Source: Pseudomonadota bacterium (GTDB lineage Bacteria > UBA10199 > 2-02-FULL-44-16 > JBDRGF01). From it: DNA of 54,114 bases. The stretch covers positions 1 to 54,114 of the forward strand of contig JBDRGF010000016.1 in assembly GCA_043818055.1 (NCBI GenBank). Reading direction: 5' to 3'. The notes under the pieces were generated by a model. It did no database searches and was not told the origin of the DNA. It worked only from the letters and a program-made list of their open reading frames with translations. This document shows, one piece after another, positions 41,991 through 49,969 of this stretch; the stretch's first letter is position 1, and each line of letters starts with the position of its first letter. A program made the position numbers and the translations under genes.

Positions 41991-42033
41991 ATTTTTTTAT
42001 CCCCTCCAATTATCTCAAGAACTCAGCCTCTAA

Positions 42034-42087
42034 CCTTTCTGCACCAGAACCAATCTGGACCATTTCGTCCATATGGACAAAATGGTT
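42034..42087 (-). pseudogene. 54-bp remnant of a dinD allele
   Basis: 51/54 identical to 43628-43681; encodes NHFVHMDEMVQIGSGAER. Confidence 0.85.
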
Positions 42088-42111
42088 ATAACAATGTCGG
42101 GATTCCCGACA

Positions 42112-42945
42112 TTACCCTTTCAACCTCTTCTTCCCCTTCGGCAAATAGTTTGTACCAGTCACAACAGAACGACCAGTCTCCTCTTCCAACTCAACCCTTG
42201 CCTTTTTGGAGATCCCCCCACCCTTCACGCCAGCATCTTTGTTCTCCTCCATACCTGTAGCATTCACACTTTCAGCAATATGGCGGGTGGATAGTTCTGC
42301 TAATGCAGTGAAGATCAACTCAGCCTCATTCATATGATCTCGCAGATTTTGCGTCTTCAGACCTTTGATGGCTTTATGTTCTTTGACGGAAACACCCGAC
42401 CACTCCTGATGAATGATGTTTGTAAGGATGACGAATTCGTCGCCCTTTTTTATTTCATGATCGTTCCAGTAATCGGTTAGCTTGTTGCGGGTCTCCTGAC
42501 CCATCATCCGTTGCTGAATCCACTTTTCGCTGCGCCCATGTTTCTTCCAGGTTTCCCGCGCGCGATCGATTGATTTCGAAGGATCAGTCATTTCCTGCAT
42601 GCGCTCATGGCCAACTTTAGCTAGCCACAGTTTGATGGGCTCAGCTTTGGGGCTGGGGACAGATTGAATAAGTCGTAATAGGGTTTCAGAGGTGGCAGCA
42701 TCAGTCAACCGTAACTTGCCGTCTTCAGCCAACATTTTCAACTGGTGACAATTTGTCACCGTTTCACTTCCCTCATTTTTCAACCGTTCTTTGAGCTTAT
42801 TCCAATACTTTCTAGCCGTCTGATAATCAGGCTGCTGGATCAATGCCTGAATGATATCGACTACTGAAAAATACCATATTTCGGTCTTTTCATCGTACAA
42901 ACGACGAATCTTAAAATCTTCAAAAATTGTTAAATCACCTTTCAT
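42112..42945 (-). CDS. Bro-N-type DNA-binding protein
   Basis: WYFSVVDII, ARKYWNKLK, DGK.R.TD, QSVPSPKAEP.KLWLA. Confidence 0.85.
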   Translation of the reverse strand: MKGDLTIFEDFKIRRLYDEKTEIWYFSVVDIIQALIQQPDYQTARKYWNKLKERLKNEGSETVTNCHQLKMLAEDGKLRLTDAATSETLLRLIQSVPSPKAEPIKLWLAKVGHERMQEMTDPSKSIDRARETWKKHGRSEKWIQQRMMGQETRNKLTDYWNDHEIKKGDEFVILTNIIHQEWSGVSVKEHKAIKGLKTQNLRDHMNEAELIFTALAELSTRHIAESVNATGMEENKDAGVKGGGISKKARVELEEETGRSVVTGTNYLPKGKKRLKG

Positions 42946-42992
42946 ACAACCCCCAATTCTTTTAGATACTCGGCCATCTGTTTTTCGAACTT
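42942..42992 (-). pseudogene. Remnant of a second hsdM 3' end
   Basis: KFEKQMAEYLKELGVV* vs hsdM KLEKQMEGYLKELGIV*; 39/49 nt identical. Confidence 0.8.
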
Positions 42993-43045
42993 TTACAGTT
43001 ACGATAAAGCAATGGTAATTGAACTCTTTCCATTTTGGAAACGAT

Positions 43046-43879
43046 TCACCCCTTCAACTTCTTTTTTTCTTTTTTCTTCAATCTCGTCTGAATTTTTCCG
43101 ATACCATCCACAGCCGGCAAATCTTCAGGCATGGTGCCGCCCAGATTCGCAATCGTATTACGCACCTTTTGTCCAACATGATAATGAGTCAAACTTGCGT
43201 TTCCTTCACCTTTAATACTTTCGCGCTTAATTTTTGCCTCGGTTTGAGTCGCTCGGAATAAGTTTGCTGCAAGCTCCTCACTGTTCATGTGGTCGAGTAT
43301 TTTCTGCGATTTTTTCAACTTCTTTTTAACATGAATGTCTTGCATCCCCAATCCACCGTACAGACCTTTGTATCCAGCATTTTGAAAAATGGCATAATTT
43401 TCAACTCCTGCCATTGAAGCTGTTTGCGATAAACTGTTATTATGCTTTTTCATTTCCTCACGCAAAAAAATGCGTTTATTATCTTCAATCAGGCTATCTG
43501 TCTTTTCTTGTCTCCGAGTTTGGATTGCAAAATATGTTTGCCCCTTTGCTACCACAACCTTTGTTGGATCTGAATTTTGCACTATCAAATAGCATGCATA
43601 CCGTGAAAGACAGATGGTTTCTATTGGCCTTTCTGCACCAGAACCAATCCGTACCATTTCGTCCACATGGACAAAATGGTTGTGGATAACTTCACCACTG
43701 TTCTCGCATGCCGCTTTAGCCTTCTCAATTACATTAAGAAATTTACGATAATCTGGATATTCTAAAACCTTGGCAAGCTCTCGAGAAGACCAATATTCTC
43801 GTTTATCTGGGTCCAATTTTCTATGAATTTCAAAGATATTTCGAGATTTGACCATCAAATCAGCTTTTTCATCTCCCAT
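43046..43879 (-). CDS. dinD: DNA damage-inducible protein D family
   Basis: EYWSSREL, LSRYACYLIVQN.DP.K, QTYFAIQTR.QE, ELAANLFRATQTE. Confidence 0.88.
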   Translation of the reverse strand: MGDEKADLMVKSRNIFEIHRKLDPDKREYWSSRELAKVLEYPDYRKFLNVIEKAKAACENSGEVIHNHFVHVDEMVRIGSGAERPIETICLSRYACYLIVQNSDPTKVVVAKGQTYFAIQTRRQEKTDSLIEDNKRIFLREEMKKHNNSLSQTASMAGVENYAIFQNAGYKGLYGGLGMQDIHVKKKLKKSQKILDHMNSEELAANLFRATQTEAKIKRESIKGEGNASLTHYHVGQKVRNTIANLGGTMPEDLPAVDGIGKIQTRLKKKEKKKLKG

Positions 43880-43953
43880 GAGATAACTCCTTGATATTTA
43901 TAACGAACCATATCGAGGTTATTCTCGAGATGGTTTTTGTAAATGTATCCATA

Positions 43954-45468
43954 CTATACAATCCCCAATTCCTTCAAATACCCTTCCATCTGCTTTTCTA
44001 GCTTCTTCAATTCAGGCTCAAGCGTTTCAAGTTCTTTGAGGTTCGCCTTGATATCAACAGGCTCCTCTTCTTCAAATGTATCGACATAGCGGGTAATGTT
44101 GAGGTTGAATTCGTTCTCCCTGATCTCATCAAAACCTACTTTACGGGAAAACTTCTCTACATCTTTGCGTTTTTTGTACGTGTCGAAAATGTGAGCGATG
44201 TTTTCTTCGGTCAATGTATTCTGAGCCTTTCCCCGCTTGAATTCTTTTGACGCTTCGATGAAAAAAAGATCTTTTTTCTTCTCGTTTGAGCCACCCTTCT
44301 CACGCGATAGGTCAATCACAAGAACAGCTACAGGAATACCTGTCGTCTGAAAAAGTCCTGCCGGAAGACCGATTACGGTATCGATAATATTCTCTTTAAT
44401 GAGCTGCTCGCGGATTCTTCCCTCTGCGCCACCTCTGAAAAGCACGCCATGAGGAACGATCACCGCCACCCGGCCAACTTTTGGCTTCGCGGTTTCGATC
44501 ATGTGCGTAATGAATGCGAAGTCACCCTTGTCTTTAGGGGGAACACCTCGCCAGAAACGCTTATATTTATCGGCCTCCGCATGTTCGGCGCCCCACTTCT
44601 TAAGCGAGAAGGGCGGATTTGCCACAACCACATCGAAATGCATGAGGCTGTCATTCTCTACAAGAAGCGGATTGTTGAGCGTGTCACCCCATTCGAGACG
44701 GGCGGAGTCTTTGCCATGAAGAAACATGTTCATTCGAGCAAGTTGATAAGTCGAACCGGTGGATTCCTGACCGTAGAGCGCGTAGTTTTTGGAACCCCTT
44801 TTTTCAACCTCTTCACCGGCAAGAAGAAGAAGTCCACCTGATCCGCACGCAGGGTCTGAGATTCGATCGCCCCCCTTCGGCTCAGCGAGCATCGCGACAA
44901 GCTTTGCTACAGATCGGGTCGTGAAAAATTCTCCGGCTTTTTTGCCGGCATCGGCGCCGAAACGCTCGATCATATACATATATGAATTGCCGATGATGTC
45001 ATCGCCGACATCAGAGAGATCTATTTTGGCAAAATCGTGTATCAGATGACGGAGCATCTTGTTGCGTTGTTCAAGCTTGCCAAGCACAGATTCGGAATTG
45101 AAGTCCACACTGAACACACCTTCGAGTTTTTCCTTGTTGGCATCCTCGATCCGGTGAAGCGCCTTGTTAATTTCCTCGCCGATATTATCCTCTTCAATCT
45201 TGCTGTAGAGGTGATCGAAGGAGGATTTGGGGGGGAGATAAAAGCGATCGAGTTTCATTTTTTCTTCAATACGCTTTTCGTCCTTTCCAAAACGCTCCTT
45301 GTATTCAGCGTGTCGCTTCCTGTTTAAATCGCTGATGTATTTTAAAAAAAGCATCGTCAAGGCATAGTCTTTGTAAACGCTGCCATCCACGTTGCTGCGC
45401 GAAGAATCTGCCGCCGCCCAGAGTGCCTTGTTGAGATCCTCTTGTGTGTATTTTTTATGTGGGGTCAT
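43954..45468 (-). CDS. hsdM: Type I R-M N6-adenine methyltransferase
   Basis: GEFFT, DPACGSGG, ANPPF, HGVLFRG. Confidence 0.95.
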   Translation of the reverse strand: MTPHKKYTQEDLNKALWAAADSSRSNVDGSVYKDYALTMLFLKYISDLNRKRHAEYKERFGKDEKRIEEKMKLDRFYLPPKSSFDHLYSKIEEDNIGEEINKALHRIEDANKEKLEGVFSVDFNSESVLGKLEQRNKMLRHLIHDFAKIDLSDVGDDIIGNSYMYMIERFGADAGKKAGEFFTTRSVAKLVAMLAEPKGGDRISDPACGSGGLLLLAGEEVEKRGSKNYALYGQESTGSTYQLARMNMFLHGKDSARLEWGDTLNNPLLVENDSLMHFDVVVANPPFSLKKWGAEHAEADKYKRFWRGVPPKDKGDFAFITHMIETAKPKVGRVAVIVPHGVLFRGGAEGRIREQLIKENIIDTVIGLPAGLFQTTGIPVAVLVIDLSREKGGSNEKKKDLFFIEASKEFKRGKAQNTLTEENIAHIFDTYKKRKDVEKFSRKVGFDEIRENEFNLNITRYVDTFEEEEPVDIKANLKELETLEPELKKLEKQMEGYLKELGIV

Positions 45469-45473
45469 AATCT

Positions 45474-46058
45474 TTATCCCTCCATTAAGTTTCTAAAAGT
45501 TGCGTCGATAATGTTTTGTTTGATTTGATTCTGGCGCTCGATGATTTTCTGCTGTTCCAAAATGTTCGAGTGCAAATGTATGATGGCGTTTTGCTTTTCC
45601 AAACTCGGTGTTGGGATTTTAATTTTCTCAAGCTCTTTGCGAGGCAACACCCCGATGTAGGATCCGGAAACGATCTGTGTGAGAGCCTCTTGCCCATCTT
45701 TGGAGTTAAGATAGTGAGAAATGTATTCGGGTAATATATCTGCGGCAGTGATGCGGATCACATGCACAGATGATGAGGCGATAACATTGGGCGCCTCTGA
45801 CACAAAAATGGTTGACCTGAATGTTCCTGACTTCATGCCTCGCGCAACGAGCAGTATGTCATTTTTCTTTAAGTGCCCCGTGTATGCTGGGATGAGATGA
45901 GAAATCTTTGTCAGAATACGCGCATCCTCAAACGGCCTACCCTGAACAAGGTCTTTTGCCTGAAATACAGAGATATCGCCATTATTATCCGATTTTACAG
46001 CGCCACGGAAGGTGTAACCCGCTATTACAATGGCAATATCATGTAGTTTTTTATACAC
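45474..46058 (-). CDS. Half-size (single-TRD) type I specificity subunit
   Basis: L.DIA...G, L.KNDIL, YI..YLNS, I.IP.P.LEKQ. Confidence 0.75.
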   Translation of the reverse strand: MYKKLHDIAIVIAGYTFRGAVKSDNNGDISVFQAKDLVQGRPFEDARILTKISHLIPAYTGHLKKNDILLVARGMKSGTFRSTIFVSEAPNVIASSSVHVIRITAADILPEYISHYLNSKDGQEALTQIVSGSYIGVLPRKELEKIKIPTPSLEKQNAIIHLHSNILEQQKIIERQNQIKQNIIDATFRNLMEG

Positions 46059-46148
46059 GCAAGTCGATTACTGCATAAATACCATAGAGTCAAGTGCTTT
46101 TTGAAAACTTTTTATTAGGGTAAGATTTGATTTATCCAGTACCTCGAT

Positions 46149-46300
46149 CCCCTCCAACTCCCACTTGTCAGAGGCTGTTGCCGAACTAAAATGTAGGGGC
46201 AACCCCCCGTGGTTGCCCTCTTATAAGGGCAGGCACGGGGGCCTGCCCCTACAAAAACATCAAAAAACAGACTTCGGCGATGCCTCGTCAAGGGGGAGCG
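46149..46300. repeat. Repeat cluster: CCCCTCC/GGGGGAG-type palindrome pieces around a GTAG REP doublet
   Basis: GTAGGGGCAACCCCCCGTGGTTGCCC..GGGCAGGCACGGGGGCCTGCCCCTAC at 46193-46252. Confidence 0.7.
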
Positions 46301-46318
46301 GCGTCTGGAACAGTCTCT

Positions 46319-46341
46319 CATACCACATGCTACATGCGCTT
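46319..46341. repeat. Right heptamer arm (inverted relative to 34101-34130)
   Basis: CATACCACATGCTACATGCGCTT. Confidence 0.65.
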
Positions 46342-47736
46342 TCAGAGCTTCGCATGTTCGATGGCTCGTTTGAAGCGGCTGGTCACCCTATCCTGCCCCA
46401 TGATAGCCATCACTTCGTAGATGCCGGGGCTTACGGTCGTGCCGGTTAGGGCTACCCTGCAAGGTTGGGCGACTTTTAGCATCGAAGAATTCGTATCCTT
46501 CATCCTCTCTTCAAAGAGGTTTTTAATTTCACCCTCATCGAAGGATTTGATCGTTGTGATCTTTTCGAGAAAAAAAATCAGGTGACCTACTCCGTCGGCG
46601 TCCAGCCATTTTTTTACCGACTTATCGTCAAACTCAACCGCATCCTTGAAATAAAATGCGCTTATCTGGGCGAGATCCTGAAGCGTCTTTCCCCTTTCTC
46701 TCTCTGTCGCCAGAGCCTTGACTGCATAAGCTTCATCATTGATCGACAATTCCAGGACAGTAAGATACGGCTTTGTGATTTTCAAAATTTCTTCATTTGA
46801 ATATTTCAGCATGTGTTGGGCATTCACCCATGTGAGTTTTTCGACATCGAAGACAGCGGGAGATGATCCGACATCTTTTAGATCAAATTTATCTTTAAGC
46901 TCTTCAACCGTGAATATCTCCTGATCGCCTGATGACCAGCCGAGCCTCGCGAGATAGTTCATCATCGCCTCGGGCAAAAAACCTTTGTCCTTATAATCGA
47001 AGACGGCTGTCGCGCCGTGACGCTTTGAGAGTTTCTTCTTATCGGCGCCGTATATCATCGGCAGATGCGCGAACTGCGGCAGTTGATAACCGAGCGCCTG
47101 ATACAACAATATCTGACGCGGCGTATTGTTGATGTGATCATCTCCTCTGATGACATGCGTGATTCCCATAGCAGCGTCATCGACAACCACCGTGAGATTA
47201 TATGTGGGTGAGCCATCGCTCCTTGCGATGACGAGATCGTCGAGCTCTTTATTTTCAAAGGATATCTCACCCCTGCAGATGTCGTCGAACTTCGTCGCCC
47301 CCTCAGTCGGCGCTTTGAAACGCACGACGGCTTTTCTGTCCGGGTGAGTGCTACCATTCCTGCAGCGGCCGTCGTACTTCGGCTTTAAGCCCTGTGAGAG
47401 AGCATCTTTGCGCATCTGATCGAGCTCCTCCGACGTGCAGGTGCAAAGATAGGCATTCCCTTCGTCGAGCAGGCGTTTGATCTCTTTAGTATAGAGCTCA
47501 GTCCGCTGCGATTGATAGATCAGGTCGCCATCCCAGTCTAACCCAAGCCAGCGCATGCCGTTTAAAATCGATTCCTCAAATGCCTTCGTGGAGCGCTCGA
47601 GATCGGTATCCTCGATCCTTAAAAGAAATTCCCCTTTATGATGGCGGGCGAAGAGCCAGTTGTAGAGCGCAGTTCTTGCCCCCCCTATGTGTAGATCCCC
47701 TGTGGGGGATGGTGCAAATCTGACTCTTGGTTTCAT
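46342..47736 (-). CDS. gltX: Glutamate--tRNA ligase
   Basis: RFAPSPTG.LHIGG, RIEDTD, KLSKR. Confidence 0.96.
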   Translation of the reverse strand: MKPRVRFAPSPTGDLHIGGARTALYNWLFARHHKGEFLLRIEDTDLERSTKAFEESILNGMRWLGLDWDGDLIYQSQRTELYTKEIKRLLDEGNAYLCTCTSEELDQMRKDALSQGLKPKYDGRCRNGSTHPDRKAVVRFKAPTEGATKFDDICRGEISFENKELDDLVIARSDGSPTYNLTVVVDDAAMGITHVIRGDDHINNTPRQILLYQALGYQLPQFAHLPMIYGADKKKLSKRHGATAVFDYKDKGFLPEAMMNYLARLGWSSGDQEIFTVEELKDKFDLKDVGSSPAVFDVEKLTWVNAQHMLKYSNEEILKITKPYLTVLELSINDEAYAVKALATERERGKTLQDLAQISAFYFKDAVEFDDKSVKKWLDADGVGHLIFFLEKITTIKSFDEGEIKNLFEERMKDTNSSMLKVAQPCRVALTGTTVSPGIYEVMAIMGQDRVTSRFKRAIEHAKL

Positions 47737-47796
47737 CTTAGACCTCCTGGATTATAATTGACGATAAGCGATAATAGAGAGAGAGGAGAAAAGCAA

Positions 47797-48216
47797 TCAG
47801 TTATTCGCATCAGCTGCCAGCTCAAAACTGCCTGTTTGAGGATCGTACACATATATGAATATGCCAGAGCCGCTGTTGAACTGGTATTGATAGGCGCTTA
47901 GCTTCTTCCACGCCTGCGATTCGACCGGATTGATCATCACATCCTCAAAGCATCGATTCTCGGGGCTGCATGAAATATTCTCCCCTGATATTTTATCGAG
48001 CTCTGAGGGATACTTGCCCTTCACATCATTCTCCACCAGCTCCTTAGCATGGTGATAGATGATGCCGGCTCTGACTGCACCAATTACAGCATCACGTGAT
48101 TGCAACTCAGAATGCTTTGAGAGATTTAAGTATTTCGGCATGAGGACAAGCGCCAACATGCCACAGACCACTATCACAAGAAGAAGTTCGAACATCGTAA
48201 AAGCTTTTTTATTCAT
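47797..48216 (-). CDS. Type IV pilin / pseudopilin-like protein
   Basis: Class III signal KKA|FTMFELLLVIV with Glu+5. Confidence 0.8.
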   Translation of the reverse strand: MNKKAFTMFELLLVIVVCGMLALVLMPKYLNLSKHSELQSRDAVIGAVRAGIIYHHAKELVENDVKGKYPSELDKISGENISCSPENRCFEDVMINPVESQAWKKLSAYQYQFNSGSGIFIYVYDPQTGSFELAADANN

Positions 48217-48233
48217 ATCGCCATCCTATAGTT

Positions 48234-48656
48234 TTACCAACCCTGAACCCCGGGGGAAGAGCTGTTGATCCAGCCGTTGGCGCCGTTGTAAGAATACGGC
48301 CTGCCAAACGAATCGATGAAATGCCCTTCATCATTCTTTGGAATCGTGTTCAGCATGTCCGGAAGCCTGTTCTCGTAAGAGACCCCCCCCCTCTTCTCCA
48401 ACAATGATTCTGAACTTTGAGGAAATTTTTTCTCTTCCAGATAGTAAGTAGCTATTGCCTTTCTCAATGTAGAGAGCTCGGTGATGAGTGTGGCCTCCCT
48501 CTTAATCCTGCTGCGTTCATAAAAGACGGAGGCCGAAAGAATTATCGCGAAGGCTATCACGATGATTATCACAATCCATTCCTGTATAGAGCGATTGATC
48601 AATTTATCTCCTAAAAAGATTTGTTTCAGATAATAGCAAATTCTTAATTTAATCAC
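48234..48656 (-). CDS. Pseudopilin (GspG-like) protein, start uncertain
   Basis: Hydrophobic N-helix, LRKAI..YY...FP, DSFGRPY.Y. Confidence 0.6.
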   Translation of the reverse strand: MIKLRICYYLKQIFLGDKLINRSIQEWIVIIIVIAFAIILSASVFYERSRIKREATLITELSTLRKAIATYYLEEKKFPQSSESLLEKRGGVSYENRLPDMLNTIPKNDEGHFIDSFGRPYSYNGANGWINSSSPGVQGW

Positions 48657-48683
48657 AAATGTAAAGCTGCCCTAAAGGTTTTT

Positions 48684-48737
48684 GTAGGGGCTGACCCCAG
48701 TCATGCGACGTGGCACAGCACATGGATCGGCCCCTAC
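48684..48737. repeat. GTAG-family REP element
   Basis: GTAGGGGCTGACCC ... GGATCGGCCCCTAC. Confidence 0.7.
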
Positions 48738-48825
48738 AATAACTGTCATTTATTCAGTTCTTCTCATCTCGACTTGGGATTTTAAAAGTGTTATTATTTG
48801 GTAAATTTTTTAACAGGAGGGTTGA

Positions 48826-49875
48826 ATGGCAGAGGATATGATTAAATTATTGAGCAAGGCTTATGAATTGAAAGCGAGCGATTTGCATCTAAATGTAGGC
48901 GTTCCTCCGATTATACGGGTCGATGGAAAATTGCAGCCTATGAACGATGTGCCCCTTACAGGCAAAGAGATCGAAGCTTTAGGTCTCTCAATACTCCCCG
49001 AAAAAGAGACCGAAATGCTCAAAAAGGATCGCGAGCTCGATCTTTCAATCGACGTCGAGGGTGTATCGCGTTTCAGGGCAAATTTCTTCTGGCAGATGGA
49101 TACCCTCTCTGCCTCTTTTCGTGCAATTCCGCACGTTATCCCATCGTCTGAGGAGCTGGGACTCCCGGAAGTGGCATTGACCCTGGCCGATCTTCCAAGG
49201 GGGCTCGTCATCGTAACAGGCCCGACAGGCAGCGGAAAATCGACAACACTTGCGGCTATGATCGATCATATAAATTCAACCCGCTCTGAACATATAATCA
49301 CTGTCGAAGACCCCATCGAATATCTGCACAAGCAGAAAAAATCGGTGATCAGCCAGCGCGAGGTCGGACACGATACCCTTTCATTCACAAACGCCCTAAA
49401 ATACGCGCTGAGACAGGATCCCGACGTGGTGCTCGTAGGCGAGATGAGGGATCTCAATACGGTTCAGAGCACTATCACCATCGCTGAGACGGGGCATCTG
49501 GTGCTGGCCACCCTTCATACGAATTCCGCCGTTGAGGCGATAGACCGCATGATCGACATCTTCCCTCCCCATCAGCAAAACCAGGTGAGGACACAGCTCT
49601 CATTCATCCTTCAGGGTGTATTGACACAACAACTCCTCGCCAAAATCGGCGGTGGACGGGCTCTGGCTATGGAGGTGTTGATCCCCAATGCCGCCGTGCG
49701 CACGCTGATCCGCGAAGGAAAGACCCATCAGGTGCTTTCCCAGATGCAGATGGGACAGGGTGAGTCGAAGATGATCACGATGGATCAGGCGTTATCCAAA
49801 CTCGTAAAATCAGGCATGATAGATAAAGAGACCGCCCTGAAAAGGGCTTCAGATAAGGAATCGTTGATCGGATAA
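48826..49875 (+). CDS. pilT: Type IV pilus retraction ATPase
   Basis: ASDLHL, GPTGSGKSTT, EDPIE, LRQDPD..LVGEMRD, TLHTN, AVRTLIRE. Confidence 0.92.
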   Translation: MAEDMIKLLSKAYELKASDLHLNVGVPPIIRVDGKLQPMNDVPLTGKEIEALGLSILPEKETEMLKKDRELDLSIDVEGVSRFRANFFWQMDTLSASFRAIPHVIPSSEELGLPEVALTLADLPRGLVIVTGPTGSGKSTTLAAMIDHINSTRSEHIITVEDPIEYLHKQKKSVISQREVGHDTLSFTNALKYALRQDPDVVLVGEMRDLNTVQSTITIAETGHLVLATLHTNSAVEAIDRMIDIFPPHQQNQVRTQLSFILQGVLTQQLLAKIGGGRALAMEVLIPNAAVRTLIREGKTHQVLSQMQMGQGESKMITMDQALSKLVKSGMIDKETALKRASDKESLIG

Positions 49876-49969
49876 ATTCGTTGAGTTGGTAAAGGAGAGA
49901 CTTGCTCTTGGACTTTATCGTCCAAACTTTAATCTGCCTGAATTGTAATTTTGCGAATTACAGTTTTGA

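Noticed and set aside
38117..43879. Prophage, suggested by KilA-N and Bro-N domains
   Set aside because: No integrase, structural, replication or lysis genes; the context is a type I R-M operon
49944..49962. TGTAATT-TTGCG-AATTACA hairpin between pilT and the FG-GAP gene
   Set aside because: Weak AT-rich stem; may be a terminator but not supportable
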